From an uncultured Holophagales bacterium (lineage in GTDB: Bacteria; Acidobacteriota; Thermoanaerobaculia; Multivoradales; UBA5704), in contig CAWJGT010000019.1 of assembly GCA_963842525.1 (NCBI GenBank), forward strand, positions 32,001 to 96,000: a stretch of 64,000 nt of DNA. Reading direction: 5' to 3'. Of this stretch, positions 1 to 10,462 are shown piece after piece. Position numbers and translations under genes: made by a program. Within the stretch, counting starts at the first letter, position 1. Each line of letters opens with the position of its first letter. The notes under the pieces were generated by a model. That model was given only the letters and a program-made list of their open reading frames with translations. It made no database searches and had not been told where the DNA came from.

Positions 1-630
1 TAGACGCTCCCCACGGTGTCGACGCCGATCACCTGGATCTCCGGATTCTGCTCCTTGAGATACTTGGCGACGCCGCTGATCGTGCCGCCGGTGCCCACGC
101 CGACCACCCAATGCGTGATCTTTCCGTCGGTCTGGCGCCAGATCTCCGGGCCGGTCGTGCGGTAGTGCGCCTCAGGGTTGGCCTGGTTGTAGTACTGATA
201 AGGAAGATAGGCTCCCTCCTCGTCGCGGATGCGTTCCGCCACCTTGTAGTAGGAGCGGGGATCGTCCGCCGCCAGATTGGTCGGGACAGGGGATCACGGT
301 GGCGCCGAGGGCCTCGAGGAGCGCGATCTTCTCCTGGGGGATCTTGTCGGGGGCGGTGCAGATCAGCCGGTAACCTTTGAGGTTGGCCGCCATGGCCAGG
401 CCCACGCCCGTGTTGCCCGAGGTCGGCTCGACAATGGTGCCGCCCGGCTTCAACAGGCCCGCCTTCTCGCCCGCCTCGATCATGGCGATGCCGATCCGGT
501 CCTTCACGCTGGAGCCGGGGTTGAAGTACTCGAGCTTGGCCGCCAGGGTGGCGGGGCCGGGGAAGAACCGGCCGAGCTTGACCAGGGGGGTGTTCCCCAG
601 GGTCTCCAGGACGTTCTCGTAGATCTCCAT
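1..630 (-). CDS. Cystathionine beta-synthase/cysteine synthase family PLP enzyme (3' end outside window; frameshift near 280)
   Basis: [15 protein letters not shown] (PLP Lys), EPTSGNTG; after the frameshift the alternate frame gives [23 protein letters not shown]...[10 protein letters not shown]. Confidence 0.9.
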
Positions 631-662
631 ATCAGCTCCGATCGCGGCGCGCCGCGAAGGTG

Positions 663-826
663 TCAGTCCAGGAAAATCGCCGCCAGCTCCATGGCCTCGT
701 CCTCGGCAAAGCCCGCACGGGAGAGGTTGGCGAGTTCTGCGGCGCGGTCTGCCCCTGCAGGGCCGCCGTGATCAGGCAGACGGCCAGGAAGAGACGTGCT
801 CGGTGGAGGCTCGGATGGGATTTCAT
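663..826 (-). CDS. Possible ~54-aa hypothetical protein (needs one frameshift near 760)
   Basis: MKSHPSLHRARLFLAVCLITAALQG joins ADRAAELANLSRAGFAEDEAMELAAIFLD* if one G is added. Confidence 0.3.
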
Positions 827-963
827 CGGGTGGCCCGCAAAAGGCCGGCATGCTAGCACACGGGGTTAGAATCGAATGCGTAAACCCTGAAGGTCGGCGG
901 CTCGGCCTCGCGCCGTAACGCGAAGGGGCACGGGAGCGCCTGAACAGCGGGAGGAGATCGCCC

Positions 964-2533
964 ATGCGCACGAAGCTGGAGCACGAGGCCAACGGCACGG
1001 TGCCGCAGGAGGGCTCGCCCGAAGAGGCCGCCTGGGCGCGGCGGCAGGCCAAGCGCGCGAGCCGGACGATCCTCCTCCCCTTCCTCCTCATGGTGGGCCT
1101 GTGCCTGGCGCTGCGGCTGTTCAGCCTGTCCGGGGCGACCGCCGACCTCACCAGCCTGGCGGGGAAGACCGCCCCGCAGGGGGCCCCGGAGCCGATCAAC
1201 CGCATGGCCAGCCGCCTGGCCGAGGAGGTCTACGGTCGCGAGCATCATGACGACGAGGTCAAGCGGTACGAGCACCTCGTGCGGGTCATCGCCAACCGCG
1301 TCAACGACATCCAGGAGTCCGAAAGCGCGGGACCGGGGGCGGTCCTCTGGCTCTCCCGGGCGGGCCTCCGGGGCGATCCCTGCGCCCAGGCGGCGGGCCG
1401 GGCGGCCGTGTTCTGCCGCCAGACCTACGTCACCATGCTGGCGAACCTCTGGTTCCCCGCCTCGTTCCAGGCCGTGCTGATCCTCTTCTTCCCGGCGCTG
1501 TTCATCGCCAGCTTCTGGCGCGCGGCCCAGGGAGTCGAGAAGGGCTCGGCGCTCGCCCGGCAAGGCTTCCCGACCTTCGCCTCGGAAGTCTGGTACCGGC
1601 GGTACCGCTCCCTGCTGGAGGACCAGAACCACGCCTTCTTCTGGCGCCGGGCGGGTTTCGCCTTCCTGCTCGGCTACGGCTCGCTCTATCTGCTGGCGCC
1701 GCTGGGCTTGAAGGCGATGACGATCGGCGAGTACCTGGCGCTGCACGCGATCCCGGGCGAGCCGACCTATCCCTTCCTGCTCACCGCCTTCCAGCGGGCG
1801 CAGCCCTTCACGATCGGCTTCGCCGGCTACTTCCTCTACGCCCTGACCGCGTTCGTGCGCCGCTATTCCACCCACGAGCTGCACGACCGGATCTTCATGC
1901 CGCTCTTCATCCGTGGCATCACCGTGGCGCTCCTGAGCTGGGTGCTCGCCACCCTGGGCGAGGCGGGGGCCTCTCGCGGGTCCTTGTCTTCGCGGCCGGC
2001 ATCTTTCCCCAGGCCGGGCTTCAGGCCATCGCCAAGATGACGCAGACAACGGTCGACCGCCTCTCGGCCGAGGGGACGTCGGGCTTCAAGACCATCCCGG
2101 AGATCGACTTCTGGAAGGAGACGACGCTCCAGGAGATCGGGGTCAACGACTTCAACGACCTCGCCAAGGCGGATCTGCGGGAGCTGGTCGTGACCCTCGG
2201 GATGAATCCGGCGGTGCTGGTGCGCGCGGCGGACCGCGCGGTGCTGGTCCACCTGCTGGGTGCAGCGGCGGCCGAAAGCTCGCCGCCGTGCCGCTCTACA
2301 CGGGGAGCGAGGCGTCCTCTACACCCGCGGCGCGGGCGCCTGGTCAGGAGTGCCGCCCGAGAAGGTCCGCCACCCCCTGGTCCGGCCGCTCACCGAGGAG
2401 CAAAAGACGGAGCGGGAAAAGAGGGTCGAGAAGGTCCTGGGAGCCGAGGACGTCGCCTGCAGCTCGACCGGCTCGCGATCGAAGGCAAACCCGCTACGTG
2501 ATCGAGAGCCGGCTGACCTACGGGAGCCTGTGA
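964..2533 (+). CDS. Multi-pass membrane protein with C-terminal HhH/SAM-like helical domain (several frameshifts)
   Basis: GGAG RBS; TM segments; ORFs 964-2040, 2037-2501, 2260- and 2288-2533 tile into one protein (GFAGYFLYAL..RRY, FAAGIFP, EIGVNDFNDLAKAD). Confidence 0.6.
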
Positions 2534-2540
2534 CCGGAGG

Positions 2541-3626
2541 CTACCCTTCCCAGTCCCAGAAGAAATCCTTGTTGGTGAGCACGGATTCCTCCTCCCGCCG
2601 TTGCTCCTCCTCGGCGGTGAGGCCGCCTTCCTCGGGCTTGAGCTCGCCGCGGGCCACGGCGAGCTGGTCCACCAGGTCGTCGGTCTCCTGCTGCCAGTAG
2701 TCGGGAGCGCCGAACTGCGGCCAGGCGGCCGGGAAGGCCGGATCGTGCCAGCGGCGGGCGATCCAGGCGGCATAGTGGACCATCCGCAGGCCGCGCAGCG
2801 GCTCGATCAGCACCAGCGTCGAACGATCGAACTCACGGAGCTGCTCGTACCCCTCCAGGAACATCTCCCGCTGCCGCAGCGCCCAGGCGTCACGGCCGGG
2901 GAGGGCCAACCAGAGGTCCTGCACCGCCGGACCGGCCACCATGTCGTCGAAGTCGAGGACGTGCAGCAGGCCGTCGCGGAACAGCAGGTTGCCCAGGTGG
3001 AGGTCGCCGTGGATGCGGTGGACGAGGACGTCCTTCAGCAGGCTGTCCACGATGTCGGCGAGAGCGAGGGCCGCATCGAAATACCGGTTGCGCAGCGTCT
3101 TCGGCAGCACCTCGTGCTCGGCAAGCCAGTCGACGTCCTCGCGGATGAAGAGGTCAGCGTTCAGGGGCAGCCGGTGCGCAGCCGGGCGCCGGGCCCCGGT
3201 GTTGTGCATCCGCGCGACGAGCATGCCCAGCCGGCGGACCGTGGCGTTGTCGAGCTCGTCGGGAGCGCGGCCTCCCTGGCGGTCCGACAGGGTGTACCAG
3301 ATGCCGTCGATCTGCCGCAGGGTGCCGCCGCCCGGGAACTCGCGCACGGTGCAGACGGGGATCTCGTCGGCCGCGAGGTCGTCCAGGAACTGGTGCTCTT
3401 CGAGGATCTGCGCCTCGGACCACCGCCCCGGGCGGTAGAACTTGGCCACCACGCGGCTGCGGTCCTCGAGCTCGACCTCATAGACCCGGTTCTCGAAGGA
3501 GTTCAGGACATAGCAGACTGGGTTGCACCGCAGCCCGCCCGCCTCGACGGCGGCGAGCACCTTCTCGGGCGTCAGGGTCAGGAACAGGTCGGTCGCGGGC
3601 TCGACGAGGTGGGTCGAAAACTTCAT
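2541..3626 (-). CDS. srkA: Stress-response Ser/Thr kinase SrkA/RdoA/YihE (APH-like)
   Basis: LNSFENRVY, KFYRPGRWS, ILEEH, RIHGDLHLGNLL, DFDD, GPAVQDLW, WIARRWHDPAFP. Confidence 0.9.
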   Translation of the reverse strand: MKFSTHLVEPATDLFLTLTPEKVLAAVEAGGLRCNPVCYVLNSFENRVYEVELEDRSRVVAKFYRPGRWSEAQILEEHQFLDDLAADEIPVCTVREFPGGGTLRQIDGIWYTLSDRQGGRAPDELDNATVRRLGMLVARMHNTGARRPAAHRLPLNADLFIREDVDWLAEHEVLPKTLRNRYFDAALALADIVDSLLKDVLVHRIHGDLHLGNLLFRDGLLHVLDFDDMVAGPAVQDLWLALPGRDAWALRQREMFLEGYEQLREFDRSTLVLIEPLRGLRMVHYAAWIARRWHDPAFPAAWPQFGAPDYWQQETDDLVDQLAVARGELKPEEGGLTAEEEQRREEESVLTNKDFFWDWEG

Positions 3627-3859
3627 GAGGCCAATGTAGCACGGCCCTGAAGACGCAGCAGGTAGAGTGCGAACCGAGGCTGCGAGAGTGAACCTGTTGT
3701 CATCTGCGGCCGAGCCATGCCGCAGGCGACTTCACACGCCAAGTCGTTGACAGCTCATGAGATGCCATCGAGATCGAGGCTCTGCCCATGGACCGGGCAC
3801 AACGTGCCACAGTCTCTGGACCGTGCTTCAAGGACCGCACTTCATGTGCCACGGACCGC

Positions 3860-4111
3860 GGTCAACGTGACGTTTCCTACAGTCAATGCTTGAAAGCCCC
3901 GGGTCCGCGTGACGTTTCCTGTAGTCAATGCTTGAAGGCCCCGGGTCCGCGTGACGTTTCCTGTAGTCAATGCTACAGGGACCCGGGTCCGCGTGGCGTT
4001 TCCTGTAATCAATGCTTCAAGGCCCCGGGTCCGCGCCCCGTTTCCTACAGTCAATGCTTGAAGGACCGCGGTCCGCGTGACTTTTTCTCCAATCCTTACC
4101 TGAGGCACCGC
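3860..4111. repeat. 42-bp tandem repeat, 6 units plus degenerate 21-bp units upstream
   Basis: Unit GGTCCGCGTGACGTTTCCTGTAGTCAATGCTTGAAGGCCCCG starting at 3860, 3902, 3944, 3986, 4028 and 4070. Confidence 0.9.
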
Positions 4112-4193
4112 GGTCTGTGAGGCCTGCCGCGCGGACGACGTCGCTCGAAGTGCACCCGACGTGACGATGGGCGGTCGATCCTCTGTCGTCACG

Positions 4194-6932
4194 CTACGGA
4201 ACGACGTCCGCCTTCGGGATGGCCCACGGCTCGTAGCCGTGGACGCCGTCGTTGGCGCCGGTCATCACCAGGTTCCGGATCGTGGTGAACGGACCCGGGG
4301 ACGAGGCGTCGCGGCCGGCGTTGATGTCGCCGACCTGGCGAGTGCCGGCGGCGGTTCCGTCGGTGCGCCAGGGCTCCAGGCCGGTGAGGCCGTCGTCGGC
4401 GGCGAAGAGGAGGATGCCGCCGGTTCCTCCGACCAGGGTCAGGGACTGCGGCGAAGAGTTGCCGGGACCGGGATTCAGATCGATCAGGAGGCCGGTGCCG
4501 GCGGTTTCGCCAGTGCTCGCCCACAGCTCGGCGCCGGTGGTTTCGTTATAGACGGTGAAGTAGAGGCGGCTGCCGGCGACCGTCAGGCTGCGCCCCCAGG
4601 AGGGATGGCCGTCCAGGGCGAGGTCGCGCACGCGGACGGTGCCTTGGGCCGAGCCATCGGTCCGCCAGAGCGATTCTCCCAGACCGGTGTTGGCGGCATT
4701 GGCGGCGAGGAAGTAGACGCGGTTGCCCAGGCGCACGAGGTCGTGCGGTTCGGAGCCCTGAGGGCCGGGGAGGATGTCGGCCACGCGGTGGGTGCCGCGG
4801 AAGGTGCCGTTGGAGATCCACAGCTCGCGCCCATGGGTGCCGTCGTCGGCGGTGAAGAGGGCGGCGCTGCCGAGGAGCACGAAGCTCTGGGGGTCCGAGC
4901 CGAGGCCGGTGTCGGGCCGGTGTCGGGGGTGAGACAGGTCCTCGCAGGGCGAGGGGGCGCCGGGGATGCGCCCGGAGTTGATGTCACGCACCCGCACGGT
5001 GCCCGCCGGCGTGCCGTCGCTCGCCCACAGCTCGCGGCCGTAACGGCCCTCGTCGGCGGCGAAGAGCAGCCGCCCCCCCACCACGGCGCCGAGGACCGGA
5101 CGGGAGGATTCGGCCTCGCACAGGTGGTGCGGCGCCGCCACGATGTACGGATCGATGTCTTTCACCAAGCCGGCGGGCCGTCTGAGCCCATCGGTCTTCC
5201 ACAGCTCGGTGCCGATCGAAGAATTGAGCCCGCCGAACAGGACCTGGCCGCCGAGCACGACCGGGTTGGAGAACCCGGTTTGGCCCGCCAGCAGCACGGT
5301 GCCGCCGGGCGTGCCGTCGGTCGACCACGTCCGGGGACTGTAGAAATGGTACCCGACGGAGGAGAAGAGGAGCCGGTTGCCGAACCGGAAGAACGACGTG
5401 GCCCAGTCGGCGTTCGTGCTGAGGAGCTGCGTTCCGGCGTCGGTGCCGTCGGACACGAAGAGGGGTGCGCGCGAGGACGTGGTCAGCGCGGAAAAGACGA
5501 GCTTCCCTCCCAAAGCGGCCTGGTCGATCGGCCCCGACGAGCTCGGCCCTGTGCTGAAGTCCCGCACCTGGTGCGTTCCGGCGTCGGTGCCGTCGGTGAC
5601 CCACAGCTCGATCCCCGGCTCGTTGCGGAAGAAGAACGCATGGTCCCCGGCCGGAAAGAGGTCCCGGCCGAGCGTGAGCCCGGGGGAGACCGGGAGCCGC
5701 CGCGTGCCCGCCGCGGTCCCGTCGGTCACCCAGAGCTGGCTGGGGTAGAAGGTCCCCGGTCCCCCGCGCAGGAAGACGAGGCGGTCGCCGAGGCTGACCA
5801 GGAACCGCACGTCGGCCACCGTGCCCAGGTCGAGCTTCGGACCGGTGGTCTCCACCGATCCGCGGGAGCTCCACAGGACGTTGTGGGCCACCGCCTGATT
5901 GTCCGCCACCGTGAAGAGGACCTCGCTGTCCGTGTTCACGAGATTGCTCAGGAAGGCCTCGTCGGGGACTTTCGTCATCCGGAAGGTTCCCTCGGGGGTG
6001 CCGTCCGAGCGAATGATCTCCCCTTGCGCCAGGGCCCCGACGAGGAGCCCGTGCCAGACCGTCCACCGATTCAACGCGTGGTCCCCCGGCGTTGGCGTGG
6101 CGAGCTCGTCGATGCTCTTGAGGCGGAAGGTCCCGGTGGTGGTCCCGTCCGTGCGCCAAAGCCCGTCGGGCGTCCAGAACCAGGCGAAGCCGTCCCCCGG
6201 AATCACATAGGAATTGCGTTGCAGAGGAATGTCGTCGGGGGACTCGAAGCGATGGGTGCCGCCCGCGGTGCCGTCCGTCACCCACAGCTCCAGGTCCGGC
6301 GTGTAGAGGTAAAACAGCGCCTTCCGGGCCGGAGTGTCGAGCGGGATGAGCGACGACAGGGTGTAGCAGCCGGTGCAGAATTCTTGCAGCGGGACCGTCC
6401 CCTCGGCCGTGCCGTCGGTCTGCCAGAGCGCGGCATGGAACGGTTCCTCCGAGTAGATTGTGGAGAGGAAGAGAAGCCGGCCCCCCACCTCTTCGACCGG
6501 GCTGGGCGAGGTGCCGCAGGGTCCCGGGCAGATGTCCTTCAGCCGCCGCTCGCTTCCCGGCGTGCCGTCGCTCACCCATATCTCCTGGCCTGAAAAGCCG
6601 TCGTCCGCCGTGAAGTACGCCTGCCCCGCGTGGACCGTGATCCCGGACGGCCCTGATGAGCCGCAATGCCCGGCCCCGGCGCAGACGTCGGTCACGCGCT
6701 CGGTGCCGCCGGACGTGCCGTCCGTCCGCCACAGCTCGTTGCCGTGCACCGGGTCGTCGACGGTGAAGTACGAAGCCGCCTGGGAGAATCCGCGCGGCTC
6801 CGCCGCCAGGAGGCCCCCAATATACGGGAGGGTGTTCAGATCCTTCACGAGATGAGGAGCTGCCGGGAGCGCCTGCGGGAGGAGGGCGGTGAGAGCTGCT
6901 GCCAGAGCGAAGCCAAGGGGACGCCTTACCAT
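4194..6932 (-). CDS. Secreted ELWxxDGT-repeat protein
   Basis: Signal peptide MVRRPLGFALAAALTALLPQALPA; many ELW(R/V)TDGT repeats and DICPGPC motifs. Confidence 0.9.
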   Translation of the reverse strand: MVRRPLGFALAAALTALLPQALPAAPHLVKDLNTLPYIGGLLAAEPRGFSQAASYFTVDDPVHGNELWRTDGTSGGTERVTDVCAGAGHCGSSGPSGITVHAGQAYFTADDGFSGQEIWVSDGTPGSERRLKDICPGPCGTSPSPVEEVGGRLLFLSTIYSEEPFHAALWQTDGTAEGTVPLQEFCTGCYTLSSLIPLDTPARKALFYLYTPDLELWVTDGTAGGTHRFESPDDIPLQRNSYVIPGDGFAWFWTPDGLWRTDGTTTGTFRLKSIDELATPTPGDHALNRWTVWHGLLVGALAQGEIIRSDGTPEGTFRMTKVPDEAFLSNLVNTDSEVLFTVADNQAVAHNVLWSSRGSVETTGPKLDLGTVADVRFLVSLGDRLVFLRGGPGTFYPSQLWVTDGTAAGTRRLPVSPGLTLGRDLFPAGDHAFFFRNEPGIELWVTDGTDAGTHQVRDFSTGPSSSGPIDQAALGGKLVFSALTTSSRAPLFVSDGTDAGTQLLSTNADWATSFFRFGNRLLFSSVGYHFYSPRTWSTDGTPGGTVLLAGQTGFSNPVVLGGQVLFGGLNSSIGTELWKTDGLRRPAGLVKDIDPYIVAAPHHLCEAESSRPVLGAVVGGRLLFAADEGRYGRELWASDGTPAGTVRVRDINSGRIPGAPSPCEDLSHPRHRPDTGLGSDPQSFVLLGSAALFTADDGTHGRELWISNGTFRGTHRVADILPGPQGSEPHDLVRLGNRVYFLAANAANTGLGESLWRTDGSAQGTVRVRDLALDGHPSWGRSLTVAGSRLYFTVYNETTGAELWASTGETAGTGLLIDLNPGPGNSSPQSLTLVGGTGGILLFAADDGLTGLEPWRTDGTAAGTRQVGDINAGRDASSPGPFTTIRNLVMTGANDGVHGYEPWAIPKADVVP

Positions 6933-7428
6933 GGAGATCTCCGATCTGAGGGTCGAGGTCGATCCTCTGCTGTCGTTCGGCCTGTGCAACTTCTCTCAGC
7001 AATACGGACGGATGCAACGGATCGTCTACGGTAATGCCATCATACCAGGAGCGCGTTGACAGCTTCTCTCAGGCTTCGTCTGATCGTAGATACCGTGCTC
7101 TTCCCCGCCCACGCGGCCGCCGACGATGCGTTCGTCGCCGAGCTACGCAAGGCCTTGCAGTCGGAGGGCGGGGGTTTGAGATCGGAGAGTTTCTGTGGCT
7201 GGACGCCGAGGCGGACGCCGCCCTCGCGGGTTGTCGCAAGGACGTCTCTTTTCCCAACAAGCTGACCTTGATCCCTCAGGCTGATCGCGCGATCACAGTA
7301 ACAGAAGGTGTTTCAGTTCGCATCTTGAAGGCCAGCACGGGCGAGGTACATGAAAATCTAACTCTAAATATCCGAGGAGCAGCAGACCGAAGTTTTTTCA
7401 GCTCGTGAGGAAAGACGCTGCGAGCTCT

Positions 7429-7492
7429 CTGCGGCACGTGGCGACGTCCCTCTCGCGGGACAACATCCAGGCGGCGGTCAGCCGGCTCAAGG
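7429..7492 (+). repeat. 64-bp copy of an internal piece of the GspE/PilB gene (10940-11003)
   Basis: 62/64 identical by eye. Confidence 0.9.
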
Positions 7493-7642
7493 GGCTCCTC
7501 GCACGTCCTGGTGGACGCCGTCGGATACTTCGCCCCCGGCAGCCCGTAGCGCGTTCTGAAAGAGGTCGAATCACCCGGAGCCTCGGCCCCCACAGGTGCC
7601 AGAGGCTCCTTCCGGATCCCTGTTTTCGGGTATCCTTTCTCC

Positions 7643-10240
7643 ATGCTCCCCTCCATGCTGCGGCGAGGCGCTCTGGCGCTCTTCCTCTGTTCCATTCCCT
7701 GCCTCTGCCAGGCCGGCCTTACGCCGCGACTGGTGCGCGACATCGATGAGACCTCCTATGCCGGCAGCTCCAGCCCGCGACAGTTCGGGGGTGTGGAGCA
7801 CGGTGTGGCGTTCACCGCTTTCGGAGGGCGCGAGCTGTGGATCCACTCCGAGCGGAACGTCGACTTCAAGCGGGTCCTGCGGCGCGAGGAGATCCGGCAA
7901 TTGGGTGGCCCCTTCTATGCCGCCCGCGAGGCGGAAGGGGGCTGGAGCTTCTGGCTCGCGGAGGGCAATCCGTACGACTCGGCCTTCCCAATCCACGGGA
8001 AGCGCGTGGGCCGGCTCGGCGCGGTCTACACGAATCCACTTCAGTGGTACAGCCCCGTCGTCTTCGAGGCCGACCGGGGAACGGGGCGTGGCCTGTGGAC
8101 GGTCAACTATGGGACCGGTCCCTTCGAGCTTGCGCGGCCGCTGCCGCTGGAGGATGGCAGTCTGCTGCTGGACTTCACGCCCGAGAGATGGACAAGCTAC
8201 TTCATCGCCCGCCATCGCACGCTGGGGACCGCCCTATGGAAGACCGATGGCACGAAGGCGGGCACCCTGGCGGTCACCGCTCCGTCCCCCGGGCAGACGG
8301 TCCCTCTGCGGCTCGCCGGCCGCCTGCACAGGCGCCTCCTCCTCACGATCTCCGGCGGCGAGCCCGAGCTGTGGTGGAGCGACGGCTCGCCCCGTGGCCT
8401 TCGCCCCTTCCTGGAGATCGTCCCTGGCCGTGAGGCGGCCACGGTGTCCGCAGCGCGCGTGGTCAACGGCCGGGCGTTCCTCGTGATCGACGACGGCCGG
8501 CACGGCCGGCAGCTCTGGACCAGCGATGGGACGGCGGCCGGCACGGTCCCGATCACGAGCTTCGAGCCCGATCCGCTCCGGCAGATCGACCTCCCTGTCC
8601 TCCGTCGAGCCGGGCGCTGGTACTTTGTCGCCGCCGACGGCATCCACGGCCGCGAGCTCTGGCGGACCGATGGAACGCCACAAGGGACGCAGCTCGTCAC
8701 CGATCTCTGCCCGGGGCCGTGCAACAGCGACCCGCAGGACCTCTCCTTCGAGAATTACTACAGCGCTCCCGGCATCTACTTCACCGCGTCCGCGCCGGAG
8801 GGCCAGCGAGCTCTCTGGCGGACGAACGGCACGGCGCAGGGGACGTCGCGGCTGACCCCGCCCGGTGTCGAAGCCACGACCGGGCTCCAGTACGACAATG
8901 CCTTCTCCGCACGAGCCGACGGGCTGGGCGACGAGCTGTGGATCACCGGCGGAACGCCCGAGACCACGAGGCTGTGGGCCGATCTGGCGCTCGAAGAGGA
9001 TAGCGGCTCCCATCCTTCCCTCATCGCCGCCGCCGGAAACCGGGTCCTTTTCCAGACCCAGGCCCCATCCATGGAATACGGGCTGTGGACGAGCGATGGC
9101 ACCGCGGCCGGGACCCATCCGATTCCGACGCCCCCGGTCCTGCTGATGGACGAGTGGAGCAGCCTCTCCGGGATGGGCCTCGGTGAGCACATGCTTTCCA
9201 CCGGATTGACCGTTGAGCCTGGGACCGACTACGCCTATCCCGCCCTCTGGTCGACCGACGGCACAGCGGGAGTCGTGCGGCTCACGCCGCCGGGAGTCAT
9301 CGTGCGGGAGCCTCCGGTCATCGTCGGGTCCCGTGCCGTCTTCTTCACCGGGGACGCGGAGAAAGGCGACAAGCTCTGGGTGAGCGAAGGCACGCTGGAA
9401 TCGACCCGCGTCACCGTCGATCTCGGAGCGAACAATGTGACTCGGTACCCATCCCTCCTGCGCGGTCAGCTCGTCTTCCAAATGGTCCCGGTGTCCGGGG
9501 GCATCCCCGAACCCTGGGTCACGGACGGCACGGCTGAAGGCACGCGCCGTCTGCTCGACGTCGATCCTTCCCTCGCGCCGATGCGCGCCGGGGATCTCAT
9601 GCTGGTCGAGGCCGCAGGCAAGGTCTTCTTCTTCGGGCCGGCTGAGGCCGAAAACGAGCGCAGGCTGTGGGTGTCGGACGGCACGGCGGCCGGGACTGCG
9701 CCGTTTGACTTTGCGGATAACACGGGAAACGTATACTTTGAAGGTTTCTACCCTGCCGGCGACCGACTGTACTTCAAGGTGATCGTCTACCCTCCTGACG
9801 ACGAAAGCTCCGCGCACCTGTGGATCACCGACGGAACTCCGGCCGGAACCCGCCAGATTCCTGCACGGCCGCTCGATTTCCGCTTGGACGCGCCGCCGCT
9901 GATGGCGTTCGGCGATCGCCTCGTGTTCAACGGTGAAGATTTCGATTACTGGATCACCGACGGAACCGCGGAGGGGACGTTCCCGCTCCGCGATGCACGG
10001 GGCAACAAGATCTCGAGGTACGAAAGCCATTCCATCGTGTTCAAGGACCAACTGGTCTTCACCGCCATCGACGACTTCGGCCACGACGGCCCGTGCTACG
10101 TCTGGAACGGCACCGGCACGACGGTCCGGCAGCTCGAAAACCTTTCCTGCAGCTCTTTTCTTGCCGTGGGAGACCGCCTCTACTTCAACGGCTTCCAGCC
10201 GCAGACCGGGGCGGAGCTTTGGGTCATGGAGGAGAAATAA
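7643..10240 (+). CDS. Secreted ELWxxDGT-repeat protein
   Basis: Signal peptide, PRLVRDI N-terminus, repeated LWxTDGT, ends TGAELWVMEEK. Confidence 0.9.
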   Translation: MLPSMLRRGALALFLCSIPCLCQAGLTPRLVRDIDETSYAGSSSPRQFGGVEHGVAFTAFGGRELWIHSERNVDFKRVLRREEIRQLGGPFYAAREAEGGWSFWLAEGNPYDSAFPIHGKRVGRLGAVYTNPLQWYSPVVFEADRGTGRGLWTVNYGTGPFELARPLPLEDGSLLLDFTPERWTSYFIARHRTLGTALWKTDGTKAGTLAVTAPSPGQTVPLRLAGRLHRRLLLTISGGEPELWWSDGSPRGLRPFLEIVPGREAATVSAARVVNGRAFLVIDDGRHGRQLWTSDGTAAGTVPITSFEPDPLRQIDLPVLRRAGRWYFVAADGIHGRELWRTDGTPQGTQLVTDLCPGPCNSDPQDLSFENYYSAPGIYFTASAPEGQRALWRTNGTAQGTSRLTPPGVEATTGLQYDNAFSARADGLGDELWITGGTPETTRLWADLALEEDSGSHPSLIAAAGNRVLFQTQAPSMEYGLWTSDGTAAGTHPIPTPPVLLMDEWSSLSGMGLGEHMLSTGLTVEPGTDYAYPALWSTDGTAGVVRLTPPGVIVREPPVIVGSRAVFFTGDAEKGDKLWVSEGTLESTRVTVDLGANNVTRYPSLLRGQLVFQMVPVSGGIPEPWVTDGTAEGTRRLLDVDPSLAPMRAGDLMLVEAAGKVFFFGPAEAENERRLWVSDGTAAGTAPFDFADNTGNVYFEGFYPAGDRLYFKVIVYPPDDESSAHLWITDGTPAGTRQIPARPLDFRLDAPPLMAFGDRLVFNGEDFDYWITDGTAEGTFPLRDARGNKISRYESHSIVFKDQLVFTAIDDFGHDGPCYVWNGTGTTVRQLENLSCSSFLAVGDRLYFNGFQPQTGAELWVMEEK

Positions 10241-10283
10241 AGGCGCAAGGAAGGCCGTTGTTGCCCGGCCGGCGTCCAGGTTC

Positions 10284-10388
10284 GTAGGGGCAACCCTTGT
10301 GGTTGCCCTGGTCTCGCCACGATTGCCGATTCGCAGTCCCTCATCACAGGGGCAATCCCAACAGGGCAACCACAAGGATTGCCCCTGC
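10284..10388. repeat. Inverted pair of GTAG-family REP-like palindromes
   Basis: GTAGGGGCAACCCTTGTGGTTGCCCT ... AGGGCAACCACAAGGATTGCCCCTGC. Confidence 0.75.
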
Positions 10389-10462
10389 ACGTGCACATTC
10401 GGACCGCCCTGGCAATCGGGTTGGCCGCCGGCCACTCTCCGCAACCTGTAAAATGCAGCACC

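Noticed and set aside
3860-4111. CRISPR array
   Set aside because: Units are contiguous tandem copies without unique spacers, and no cas genes are in the window
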